NCBI GenBank assembly: GCA_036268355.1
Contig: DATAUG010000261.1
Span: 9,092 to 73,091 of the forward strand
Origin: Sporichthyaceae bacterium
GTDB taxonomy: Bacteria > Actinomycetota > Actinomycetes > Sporichthyales > Sporichthyaceae
Direction: 5' to 3'
DNA: 64,000 bases
Of the stretch, positions 47,873 to 56,683 are shown in pieces. Position numbers and translations under genes: made by a program. The notes beneath the pieces were generated by a model, which saw nothing but the letters and a program-made list of their open reading frames with translations, ran no database searches and had not been told where the DNA came from. Position 1 is the stretch's first letter; every line of letters begins with the position of its first letter.

Positions 47873-48529
47873 ATGAGACGTGGTCGCCATCGCCAATCAA
47901 CCGTCGCCAAGGCGGTGCCTCCGGTGACGGTCGGGACCCTGGCCACCGCCGGCGTGGCCCTGGCCGTCCTGACCGGCAGCATGCAGGTGCTGCGGTTGGC
48001 CGTGATCGCCTCCTGGCTGATCGTGCTGGGCATCGCCGCGTACGCCGGGCACCGCGGCCGCAAGTACACCCGCGAATTGGCGCTGGCCGACTCGACCCGA
48101 CGCCGGGACGAGGGGCTGTTCGCCGAGCAGCTGGAAGCCCTGGGGTCGGGCATCCGCTCGATGGAGGACCAGTTGGCGCGACTGAACACCGAAGCGGCCA
48201 CGTTGCGGTCGGAGGTCGTGGCGCTGCGGGCGGACAAGGCCGAGGCCGACGAGATCGTCCGCCTGGCGCGCGCCGAACGCGCCCGGGCTGCCGTTGCCGA
48301 GCGCGAGGCCAACGACCAGCGGCTGCTCACCGCGGCGGCATTCGAGGCCGCGGCCGCGGTGCTGGAGAGCCTGGGTTCGTCGACGATCAGCGCCGAGGAA
48401 CCGGACTGGGTTACCTCCTGGATCGCCAACCTCGGCGCCCGGGGCGACCTGGACCTGACCATGCACGACGACACCATCGCCCTGGACCTGTCGGGGTGTC
48501 TGACGCAGACGTTGGCCGCCACGGCCTGA
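47873..48529 (+). CDS. Hypothetical membrane-anchored coiled-coil protein
   Basis: 218 aa with two N-terminal TMS, then a heptad-like E/R/A-rich segment (..LEALGSGIRSMEDQLARLNTEAATLRSEVVALRADKAEADEIVRLARAERARAAVAERE..). No family recognised. Confidence 0.5.
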   Translation: MRRGRHRQSTVAKAVPPVTVGTLATAGVALAVLTGSMQVLRLAVIASWLIVLGIAAYAGHRGRKYTRELALADSTRRRDEGLFAEQLEALGSGIRSMEDQLARLNTEAATLRSEVVALRADKAEADEIVRLARAERARAAVAEREANDQRLLTAAAFEAAAAVLESLGSSTISAEEPDWVTSWIANLGARGDLDLTMHDDTIALDLSGCLTQTLAATA

Positions 48530-48766
48530 GGCCCGGCGGCCGGCCGACCGATTTTGGGTAGGCACCGGTCGTCAGGGCGTGACAAACGTCGGTGACCCAC
48601 GGGATTCCGGGGAACCGATGCTCGCCGGGTGTGGGGACGCGCCGGCGAACCGCGAAGGGGTCCGATCCGCAGCCGGCGGGTCGGGCCCCTTTGCGTTGGC
48701 CGGTGGGTCGTTGGGTACGTCGGTACGTCGGGCTGCGTCGGGGCTGTGTCTGGTTGCGTAGGCCGG

Positions 48767-51559
48767 TCAGCGGGGGAGCACGCTCGCCCGGTGGCTCGAG
48801 TCGGTGCGGTCGACCCGTGTGGTGGCCTGGCCCGAGTGGGTCGCGGCTGATCCGGTGTCGCCTGTGGTGGCCGACTGGACATCGGAGGCCGACGTGCTGT
48901 CGTTGCCGCCGACGATGGGCGCGGTCGCCTCCTGCCACCCGTCGGCCCCGACGAACAGCGCCATGGCGATGGCGGCGACCGTCAGCACCCGACGCGGTCG
49001 GCACACGGCCAGGCCGCGTCGCCACAGCTGCTGCCCAACCTCCTCGTAATCCTCGTTCGCGCCGTCGTACTCGCAGTCGTACTCGCAGTCCTGCTCGTCC
49101 CCGGCGTGCTGCTCGTGCTCGTCGCCGGCGACGTACTCCCAGTACTCGGTGTCCTCGAGCGTGGCCGGATCGAGGTCGGAGTCGGCCCGCGGGAACTCGG
49201 CCGCCCAGTCGGGCAGGACCTCGGTCCGGGCGTCGCCCGCCGAGCTCGACCGAGGGATGCGCCGGGGTGCGGCGGTGCCGAGCAAGTCGGCGAGGCTGCC
49301 CAACTCCCGGGGGGCGACCACGCTGCGCGCGGTCACCGGCGGTGCCGGCACGACCGGCTGCCGCGCGCCACGCCGGCCGGGCCGGGCCGGGCGGGACAGC
49401 GGATCGGTCGGTTCGGGCCGCGGGGCCGCCGGCATCGGCCGGGCCTCGGCGGGGTGCCCGACCGTGCTGGGGGACTGCTCCCTCGTCGGCTCGCGTTGGG
49501 CCGCCTGCCGTGCCGCCGCTTCCTCGCGTTCCGCGACCTCGCGTTCGGTGGCCTCGCGCTGGGCCGCTTCCTCGCGTTCGGTGGCCTGCCGTGCGGCGGC
49601 TTGCGCGCGCCGGCCGGCAGCGCGCTCGCGTTCGACGGCGAGTTGCGCCACGGCCTGGTCACGTTCGACCGCCAGCTCGGCCACGGCCTGGTCGCGCTCG
49701 GCGGCCAGTTGCGCCAAGACCCGGTCGCGGTCGGCGGCCAGGTGGGCCGCCGCCTGTTCCTGCTCGGCAGCCCGCTGGGCGGCTGCCTGTTCCCGGGCGG
49801 CCCGCGCCTGCGCGGCGTCCTGTCGGGCCGCCGCTGTCCGGGCGGCCGCGGCCTGGTGTGCGAAGGCCTGCTCGGCCTCGTGTTCGGCCCGTCGCGTGGC
49901 CCGTTCGGCCTCGAGCTCGGCCTGTCGCGTGGCCCGCTCGGCGTCGGCGCGCTCCTTGGCGGCGGCCCGTTCGCGAGCCTCGCGCTCCTTCGCCGCCGCA
50001 TTTTCCAGCGCCTCGCGCTCGGCCGTGGCGGCCTTCTGCTCAGCGGCCACCTGTCGAACCAGGGCCTTCTCGCGCTCGGCCGCCGCCTTGGCCTGCGCCT
50101 TGGCTTCGGAGCGATCCGGCGCTGCCGCCGGGTCGGGTGACTTCCGCATCGGCGTGATCCGGATACTGCCCCAGCGGTCCACCGGATCGGCCTGCTCGAC
50201 CCGTGCGGATGGGATCGTCGCGGACTTGCGTCCAACGACGGTCGGCACATCCAGCGCAGGCCGTTCCGGCGCGACGGACGGCGCCTGCGGCTCCGGAACA
50301 GCCCCCGCAACCAGGCCGCACAGCAGTGCAGCGCCCGCCGCCGCGGTGAATGCCGGGTGCGGCTCGCGGACGAGTCGCACCGCCGGGCCCAGGCGGGACG
50401 ACAGTTGCTGGATGATCAACGGCACGGCGCTGGTGCCGCCGCACAACATGATCCCGGACAGGTCGCCAGGGCGCAGTCCGGCCGCGGCGGTGGCCTCGAT
50501 CAGCAGGTCCACACCGTGCCGGACGATCTCGGCAACCTCGGTCTCGAACTCGACGCGGGTGATCCGGGTCGGGACGCGGCGCCCGGCGACATGTACTTCG
50601 ACGGTCGCGTCGGTGGCCGCCGACAGTGTCTCCTTGGCCTTGCGGCACGCCTGCCGCAGCGCATCCAGCGCGGGCGCGCCGGTGCTTGAGGCGTCGTCCG
50701 ACAGCGCCTGCCGGAGGGTCGGGTCGAGGGCCTCCAGGACGTGGCGCAGCACGGCGTCGTCGAAGTCGACCCCGCCCAGGTCCTGCCGGACCGTGGGGAC
50801 GCCCAACGGCCACGCCCGGCCGTCGGTATCCACCCGAAGCACGGTGGTACCGACCGACTCGCCACCGAGGTCGAAGACCGCGAAGGCGTCGCCGGAGGCC
50901 GCCCCGACGCCCTGGATCCAGACGTGGCCAACTGCGGCCGCGGCGTTGATCAGTCGCACCGCGCCGAGCCCCCGGGCTGCCAGGGCGCGCTGCATGAGCT
51001 CCGACTTGTGGGCCGCCCAGCCCGCTGGGTGCACCAGTGCCACCGCCTCGGGCACCGAGCGCTCGGCCGCCGTCGCTCGCGCCACCACCCAGGCGACCAT
51101 GGCGGCGGTGAGGTCCTCGGCGTTCATCCGCAGGTGGTTGCCGCCGGCCGGGCCCGCAGTGATCGGCACCTCGTCGCCGATGCGCTGGATGAAGCGGCGG
51201 ACCAGTCGGTCCGGCGCGCCTGTCCCGCCGGCGATCGCGTCGTCGCCGCAGCGCACGGAGCCGTTCGCGTCGACCAGAACCGCGGCCGGGACAACTGCTT
51301 CCCGCCCCAACGGAACTGCCCGCACGGCGCCCGTGTCGTCCGCCACCACCGCCACAGCGGTGGTGGCCCCGAGATCAATGCCAAGCCGATACCCCACCGG
51401 AGCCCCCCTCCAATGAACAACCTCCATGGCAGCACGTTGTGAATCCGTCACGAGGGCGCTTGACGCAATCATCGAGTCCGCGTGGCGAATGTCATCCGGC
51501 GTCAGCGGAGAATCTCGGACATCGGCCATCGAACAGTGGCGGGCCCGAAATGTCGGCAT
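48767..51559 (-). CDS. Hsp70/actin-fold ATPase fused to a long E/R/A-rich coiled coil, Pro-rich and acidic segments, one TMS and a Ser/Thr-rich tail
   Basis: N-terminal ~430 aa have Hsp70 NBD motifs (LGIDLGATT, FDLGGES.GTTVL, LCGGTSAVPLI) but no Hsp70 substrate-binding domain follows. Start uncertain (ATG 51559, 51529 or 51427). Confidence 0.75.
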   Translation of the reverse strand: MPTFRARHCSMADVRDSPLTPDDIRHADSMIASSALVTDSQRAAMEVVHWRGAPVGYRLGIDLGATTAVAVVADDTGAVRAVPLGREAVVPAAVLVDANGSVRCGDDAIAGGTGAPDRLVRRFIQRIGDEVPITAGPAGGNHLRMNAEDLTAAMVAWVVARATAAERSVPEAVALVHPAGWAAHKSELMQRALAARGLGAVRLINAAAAVGHVWIQGVGAASGDAFAVFDLGGESVGTTVLRVDTDGRAWPLGVPTVRQDLGGVDFDDAVLRHVLEALDPTLRQALSDDASSTGAPALDALRQACRKAKETLSAATDATVEVHVAGRRVPTRITRVEFETEVAEIVRHGVDLLIEATAAAGLRPGDLSGIMLCGGTSAVPLIIQQLSSRLGPAVRLVREPHPAFTAAAGAALLCGLVAGAVPEPQAPSVAPERPALDVPTVVGRKSATIPSARVEQADPVDRWGSIRITPMRKSPDPAAAPDRSEAKAQAKAAAEREKALVRQVAAEQKAATAEREALENAAAKEREARERAAAKERADAERATRQAELEAERATRRAEHEAEQAFAHQAAAARTAAARQDAAQARAAREQAAAQRAAEQEQAAAHLAADRDRVLAQLAAERDQAVAELAVERDQAVAQLAVERERAAGRRAQAAARQATEREEAAQREATEREVAEREEAAARQAAQREPTREQSPSTVGHPAEARPMPAAPRPEPTDPLSRPARPGRRGARQPVVPAPPVTARSVVAPRELGSLADLLGTAAPRRIPRSSSAGDARTEVLPDWAAEFPRADSDLDPATLEDTEYWEYVAGDEHEQHAGDEQDCEYDCEYDGANEDYEEVGQQLWRRGLAVCRPRRVLTVAAIAMALFVGADGWQEATAPIVGGNDSTSASDVQSATTGDTGSAATHSGQATTRVDRTDSSHRASVLPR

Positions 51560-51623
51560 GACAAATTACGCCCAACGGCCTAAATGGATTCAATGACTCG
51601 GATCGGCCGGCTACCATCCGCGC

Positions 51624-52367
51624 ATGAGGACTGAATGCGCCGCAAGCGAGAGCCTGTATCCGGAGTCCCTCGCCGGTGGATTCACCCATGTGGACGGCAC
51701 GGTCGCGTTCTACTCGCGCGTGAATGCACTTCTGTCCCCGGACGCAGTGGTTGCAGACCTCGGCGCCGGACGTGGCTGCTTCCTCGAGGATCCGGTGGTC
51801 TACCGCCGCGAGTTGCGCCGCCTGCAGGGCAAGGTGGCGCGGGTCATCGGCCTGGACGTGGATTCCGCTGTCCTGACAAATCCAGCCGTCGACGAGGCCC
51901 ACGTGGTCACTGCGGGCGGATCATTCCCGTTGGCCGATTCCTCGGTCGACATGATTGTCTCCGATTTCACGTTCGAGCACGTCACGGAGCCGGGCCACGT
52001 CGGCCGCGAGATCGCGCGGGTCCTGCGCCCGGGCGGCTGGCTGTGCGCCCGAACCCCCAACCGGTTCGGATACATCGGCATACCGACACGCATCGTGCCC
52101 AATCGACTGCATGACCGGGTGCTCGCGCGGGTACAACCGGACAAGCAGCAGCAAGACACGTTCCCGACCGTCTACCGGCTGAATTCGACGCGGGATCTGC
52201 ACCGGCACTTCCCGGAACGTGAATTCATGCACTGCACCTATACGGCGGACAGCGAACCGGCGTACTTCGGGAACTCGGCAACGGCGCGGCGAATCGCGCG
52301 GTCGGTCTCGAACCTGATTCCGGCGCCGTATCGCTCGGTACTGTACGTCTTCCTCCGGCGGAGATGA
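51624..52367 (+). CDS. Class I SAM-dependent methyltransferase
   Basis: 247 aa with motif I VADLGAGRG and post-I/II ..VIGLDVD.., ..LRPGGWL. Confidence 0.8.
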   Translation: MRTECAASESLYPESLAGGFTHVDGTVAFYSRVNALLSPDAVVADLGAGRGCFLEDPVVYRRELRRLQGKVARVIGLDVDSAVLTNPAVDEAHVVTAGGSFPLADSSVDMIVSDFTFEHVTEPGHVGREIARVLRPGGWLCARTPNRFGYIGIPTRIVPNRLHDRVLARVQPDKQQQDTFPTVYRLNSTRDLHRHFPEREFMHCTYTADSEPAYFGNSATARRIARSVSNLIPAPYRSVLYVFLRRR

Positions 52368-52434
52368 ATTCGCACCGGTCGCCGGCCCTTCCCCGCGGAG
52401 TGGAACCTTCCGAGACCGGCCTGGCGGGCGTCTG

Positions 52435-53856
52435 TCAGACCTGCGAGGTGTCCGCCCCGGCTCGTCGGCTCAACAAATAAGCCATGGCCACGATCACGGC
52501 CAGTCGAGCGGTGGCTTGGAGGAGGGAGCCGCGAAGCAGAATCAATTCGTAGCCGATCAGGGTGGGGACGAGAATAGAACTCATCGAACACCGCCGCTCG
52601 AGCGCGGCGAACGTCGTCTCGGCTCGGCCGATCACCGCGCCGAAGAGCCCGAGCAGCGCGATGGTTCCGGGAATCCCGAAGTCGATGTAGCCCTCGGCCC
52701 ACAACGGGGAGTCGATGTTCTGGTTCCCGAAGTTGATCTCGTTGGCGAGCAGGACGGCGGTATCCGTGGGCTTGCTCGGCCACACGGCCCGAGGAACCGG
52801 GAACAGCGCCGCTCCCAGCAACTGGCGCCCGTCGGTGTGCCCGTGGTGGTCTACGTAGAACACCGTGTTGGTGATGTCCTGTGCGCTTCCGTAGTCGGTT
52901 TTCGCCAGGTAGGCGCTCTCGAACCCGCCGCTCCAACCGCCACCGTCCTGGTAGCGGAATGCGTCCAGGAAGGGGAAAAACACCAGGGCAGTCAGCAGGA
53001 AACCGGCGACGAGGCCGACCTGGAAGGCCGGGCGCGATATCCATCGACCGGACGCCACGAAGGTGATCAGGATCGTGGCCACCCAATACCGTGGCTGGGA
53101 GATCGGGTTGTTGATCAGCACGTTCACCACCAGCAGACCGCTGAATACGGCGAGCGCGAGAGGCCGTGACGAAAGCCGAAGGGCTCCGGAGGAGCGCAGC
53201 CGGAGCAACCCGAACAGGCACATGAACGGCGCGCCACTGGCGAAGCCGACCAACAGGGCCCGCGATGCGGTGGTGTCCCCGACCGAAGCCAGATGACCGG
53301 CAACCTCTGCGCGGCTGGCGAACAGCGCCGAGACGCCGCCGTACGCCGACACGGAGTAGACCGAGCCCACCAGCGTGACCATCGACCACAACAGCGTGCG
53401 GCGGACGCTCAGATTCCGGCGCGCAGTCACCGTGGCCGTCTCGCCGGTGGGCCGGGAGGTGGCGACAGACCCGACCAGGTAGGCCAGGCAGCCGGCCAAC
53501 ACGATGATCTGTTGGCGTTCGACGTAGGAGTCGGGGACGTTCACCCCGAACGGATTCTCGGCCGCCGACAGTTGCACCGTCTGGACAATGCCGATGACGG
53601 CAAACGTGAACAGCCAGAACACCAGGGATCCCAGGCGCGGCCGGTCCCGTCCGACGCAGGACGTCGCGCCCACGGCACTCATCAGGATGATCGTGTACTG
53701 GCCGACCTGGGTGGCACCGGAACGTTCACCGAGCGGATATTCGCAACAGAAGTACACGGCGATCGCGAGCAACAGCAGAAAGGTGACGATCCGTGGGGTG
53801 TGGTGGTCCTCGCGCAGCGCCTGCCCGGGCAGCGTCAACGGCTGGGTATACGCCAC
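52435..53856 (-). CDS. Wzy-like oligosaccharide repeat-unit polymerase / O-antigen ligase-like membrane protein
   Basis: 473 aa with at least 10 hydrophobic segments and a larger loop, lower GC and rarer codons. Assignment comes from topology plus the EPS cluster context only. Confidence 0.5.
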   Translation of the reverse strand: MAYTQPLTLPGQALREDHHTPRIVTFLLLLAIAVYFCCEYPLGERSGATQVGQYTIILMSAVGATSCVGRDRPRLGSLVFWLFTFAVIGIVQTVQLSAAENPFGVNVPDSYVERQQIIVLAGCLAYLVGSVATSRPTGETATVTARRNLSVRRTLLWSMVTLVGSVYSVSAYGGVSALFASRAEVAGHLASVGDTTASRALLVGFASGAPFMCLFGLLRLRSSGALRLSSRPLALAVFSGLLVVNVLINNPISQPRYWVATILITFVASGRWISRPAFQVGLVAGFLLTALVFFPFLDAFRYQDGGGWSGGFESAYLAKTDYGSAQDITNTVFYVDHHGHTDGRQLLGAALFPVPRAVWPSKPTDTAVLLANEINFGNQNIDSPLWAEGYIDFGIPGTIALLGLFGAVIGRAETTFAALERRCSMSSILVPTLIGYELILLRGSLLQATARLAVIVAMAYLLSRRAGADTSQV

Positions 53857-54107
53857 AAGCCAGAGATTACGGACGTTCCGTCTCGCGTCCGGAGATCATT
53901 GGGCCGTACGGGATCGCGCCACGCCGCCGCCGACCCGGCGCCGACCCAACGCCGTCAACCGTTCGGACGCGTCAGTGGCCGCAATGCTCACCCACCCCCA
54001 ATGATCGAGCGGTGGCCGGCCGGCCGCCGTTCCCGTAGCCGGGAGAGGCGTGCCTCGGCGCCGGATGTCCGGACACGAAATGGCGTCCACTAGCGCAGGG
54101 GTTGTGG

Positions 54108-55631
54108 ATGAATCTGCGGGAGTACCTGACAATCATCCGCGAGCGATGGTTGATCGTGTCATTGACCGTCGGCTTGGCCGTGGGTCTGGGAGCGACGGCG
54201 GCATTTGCCAGTGCTCCCCAGTACCTTGCCTCGGTGCGCTTCTACATCTCCTCCCGGTATCTGGGCAACAACCTGAACGAAGCCCTGCAGGGTTCGTTGT
54301 TGTCCGAGCAGAAGATCAAGTCCTATGTCGACCTGGCCTCGGACCGCCGGATCCGGGAACAGGTCTCCCAGCAGGTGGGATTCCCGATCGCGGCCGGAGT
54401 CGTGACCGCCTCCTCCAAGGCGGACACCGTTCTGCTGACCCTCTCCGCGGTCGATCCGTCGCCGCGCCGTGCGCAGCAGATCGCGAACCTGGCGGCGAAG
54501 GACTTGGCAGATCTGGTGGCGGAGGTGGAGCGCCCCGACACCGGTCAGCCCGTCGTCGTCGCCCGCGAGATCCAGCCGGCTGCCCTGCCGACCATCCCCA
54601 TCTCGCCGCACAAGGGCGTCGACCTCGGGCTGGGCCTGATCCTCGGGCTGATGGCAGGCATCTGCCTTGCCCTGGTACGCCACAGCCTCGACCGCACGGT
54701 GAAGTCTCCGGAGGCTCTGGCGGAGCTGGCCGGCGCTCCCATTCTGGGCACCACGCAGTTCGACGCCAGCATCAGAACCCGGCCGCTGATCGTGCACGAA
54801 CAGCCGCGTTCGCCTTCGGCCGAGGCGTTCCGGCAGTTGCGCACGAACCTGGAATACGTCGACCTGGACCACACCCACAAGGTGATGGTCGTGACCTCGG
54901 CGCTTCCGGACGAGGGCAAGACCACCATTGCCTGCAACCTGGCCATCGCATTGGCCCAGTCGGGCAACAAGGTGATCGTGGTCGAGGCCGATCTGCGCCG
55001 GCCGAAGGCAGCTTCCTACCTGGGCATGGAAAACGCAGTTGGGCTGACCACGGTACTGACCGGGCAGATCCCGCTCGAGGTGGCCGTGCAGCCCTGGCGG
55101 GGCGGGCTGCTGGACTTCCTCGGCGCCGGGGCGTTGCCGCCCAACCCGTCCGAGTTGCTGGCCTCCTCCCAGATGGCAGCGGTGCTGAGCGCGCTCAGCA
55201 CCCGCTACGACGCGGTTATTCTCGACGCCGCCCCCACGGTTCCCGTCGCCGACGCGGTGGTGCTGGCAGCCCACAGCAACGGGGTGCTGTTCGTAGCCCG
55301 GCACGGCTGGGTGCGCGCCGAACAGGTCAAGTTCGCAACTGACACAATCCGGCGCGTCGGGGTGCCCGTGCTCGGGGTCGTCATGTCGACGACGCCGCGT
55401 ACCAAGCGCAGGTCGGGTCGTTACCAATACGGCTACACCTACGGATATACCGGATCCGGCCGATCCGCCGTACGAACCCAGGCGACCCCGGCCACCGCGT
55501 CCGTCCTGCCTTCGACCGTGCCCGCTGCGCCGCCGACCGCCGTGCCGACCGTCCCGGTGCATGCCGTGCCGACGCCGCGGACCGGCAGCGGTCTCGGAGC
55601 TCCGCCGCCGCCCATCCGGGTTCTGCCGTGA
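54108..55631 (+). CDS. Polysaccharide co-polymerase (Wzz domain) fused to a BY-type tyrosine autokinase
   Basis: N-terminal LREYLTIIRERWLIV + TMS (Wzz), Walker A VTSALPDEGKTTIACNLA, A' VVEADLRRP, B ILDAAP and tyrosine cluster YQYGYTYGYTG. ATG 54108 (the ORF track starts at TTG 54102). Confidence 0.88.
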   Translation: MNLREYLTIIRERWLIVSLTVGLAVGLGATAAFASAPQYLASVRFYISSRYLGNNLNEALQGSLLSEQKIKSYVDLASDRRIREQVSQQVGFPIAAGVVTASSKADTVLLTLSAVDPSPRRAQQIANLAAKDLADLVAEVERPDTGQPVVVAREIQPAALPTIPISPHKGVDLGLGLILGLMAGICLALVRHSLDRTVKSPEALAELAGAPILGTTQFDASIRTRPLIVHEQPRSPSAEAFRQLRTNLEYVDLDHTHKVMVVTSALPDEGKTTIACNLAIALAQSGNKVIVVEADLRRPKAASYLGMENAVGLTTVLTGQIPLEVAVQPWRGGLLDFLGAGALPPNPSELLASSQMAAVLSALSTRYDAVILDAAPTVPVADAVVLAAHSNGVLFVARHGWVRAEQVKFATDTIRRVGVPVLGVVMSTTPRTKRRSGRYQYGYTYGYTGSGRSAVRTQATPATASVLPSTVPAAPPTAVPTVPVHAVPTPRTGSGLGAPPPPIRVLP

Positions 55632-55744
55632 CCAGCTGGTTCCCGGGGTCCGCGACGGTGCTCCCGACCTGACCGGCCCACGCACATTCGGTCGCGGGAG
55701 TGCGGCCGATGCTTTCGACAATTTCCGACGGGGAGACCTGGGGC

Positions 55745-56683
55745 ATGACGACGATCTCGCGGGAAAGTGTCGTCCACGTCGCGGGCCATCGAGGTCTGGT
55801 GGGTTCGGCGGTGTGGCGGCACCTTTCCACGGCTGGGTTCACGAATCTGTTGGGGGAGTCCAGCTCGACGCTGGATCTGCGGGACCCGGCAGCCGTGAAG
55901 TCCTACTACGCACGCAACCGGCCGGACTATGTGATCCTGGCAGCTGCCCGGGTCGGTGGGATCCTGGCGAACAGCACCAGGCCGGCCGAGTTCCTCTCCG
56001 ACAACCTTCGGATTCAGGTCAACGTCCTCGACTCGGCTCGCGAGTTCGGCGTCCGGAAACTGTTGTTCCTCGGCTCGAGCTGCATTTATCCGAAGCTGGC
56101 CCCGCAACCGATCGACGAGGAAGCGTTGCTGAGCGGGCCGTTGGAACCCACCAATTCGGCCTACGCCGTCGCGAAGATCGCCGGTATCCAACATGTCCAG
56201 GCCATCCGGGCGCAGTACGGGATGCCGTACATCAGCGCCATGCCGACGAATCTTTATGGCCCCGGTGACAATTTCGACCCCTTGGGGAGCCACGTTCTAC
56301 CGGCGATGATCCGCAAGTTCCACGACGCTCGGGTTGCCGGCGCCGAGCGCGTCACCATGTGGGGCACGGGCACGCCCCGTCGGGAATTCCTGCATTCCGA
56401 CGACCTGGCCCGCGCCTGCCTGACCCTGCTGGAGGAGTACGACGACCCGATGCCGATCAACGTCGGCGTGGGTACGGATCTCACCATTGCCGAATTGGCT
56501 CGCGAGGTGGCGGACGTGGTCGGTTGGCAGGGCGAGATCTGCTGGGACCCGGGCAAGCCCGATGGCACGCCCCGGAAACTGCTGAACATCGATCGGATCG
56601 CCCGACTGGGTTGGAAGGCGGAGATCGCCCTGGACGACGGTCTGCGCGAGACCTACCGCTGGTTCCTGGACAACAGCGCGTGA
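55745..56683 (+). CDS. fcl: GDP-L-fucose synthase (GDP-4-keto-6-deoxy-D-mannose 3,5-epimerase/4-reductase)
   Basis: VAGHRGLVGSA, FLGSSCIYPK, YAVAKIAG and PTNLYGPGDNF. ATG 55745 after GGGGAG. Confidence 0.92.
   Translation: MTTISRESVVHVAGHRGLVGSAVWRHLSTAGFTNLLGESSSTLDLRDPAAVKSYYARNRPDYVILAAARVGGILANSTRPAEFLSDNLRIQVNVLDSAREFGVRKLLFLGSSCIYPKLAPQPIDEEALLSGPLEPTNSAYAVAKIAGIQHVQAIRAQYGMPYISAMPTNLYGPGDNFDPLGSHVLPAMIRKFHDARVAGAERVTMWGTGTPRREFLHSDDLARACLTLLEEYDDPMPINVGVGTDLTIAELAREVADVVGWQGEICWDPGKPDGTPRKLLNIDRIARLGWKAEIALDDGLRETYRWFLDNSA

Noticed and set aside
48592-51416. Long plus-strand ORFs 48592..50157, 49106..50140 and 49149..51416
   Set aside because: Antisense to the Hsp70-like gene. The Arg/Pro/Ala/Ser-rich translations are typical of the wrong strand in high-GC DNA.
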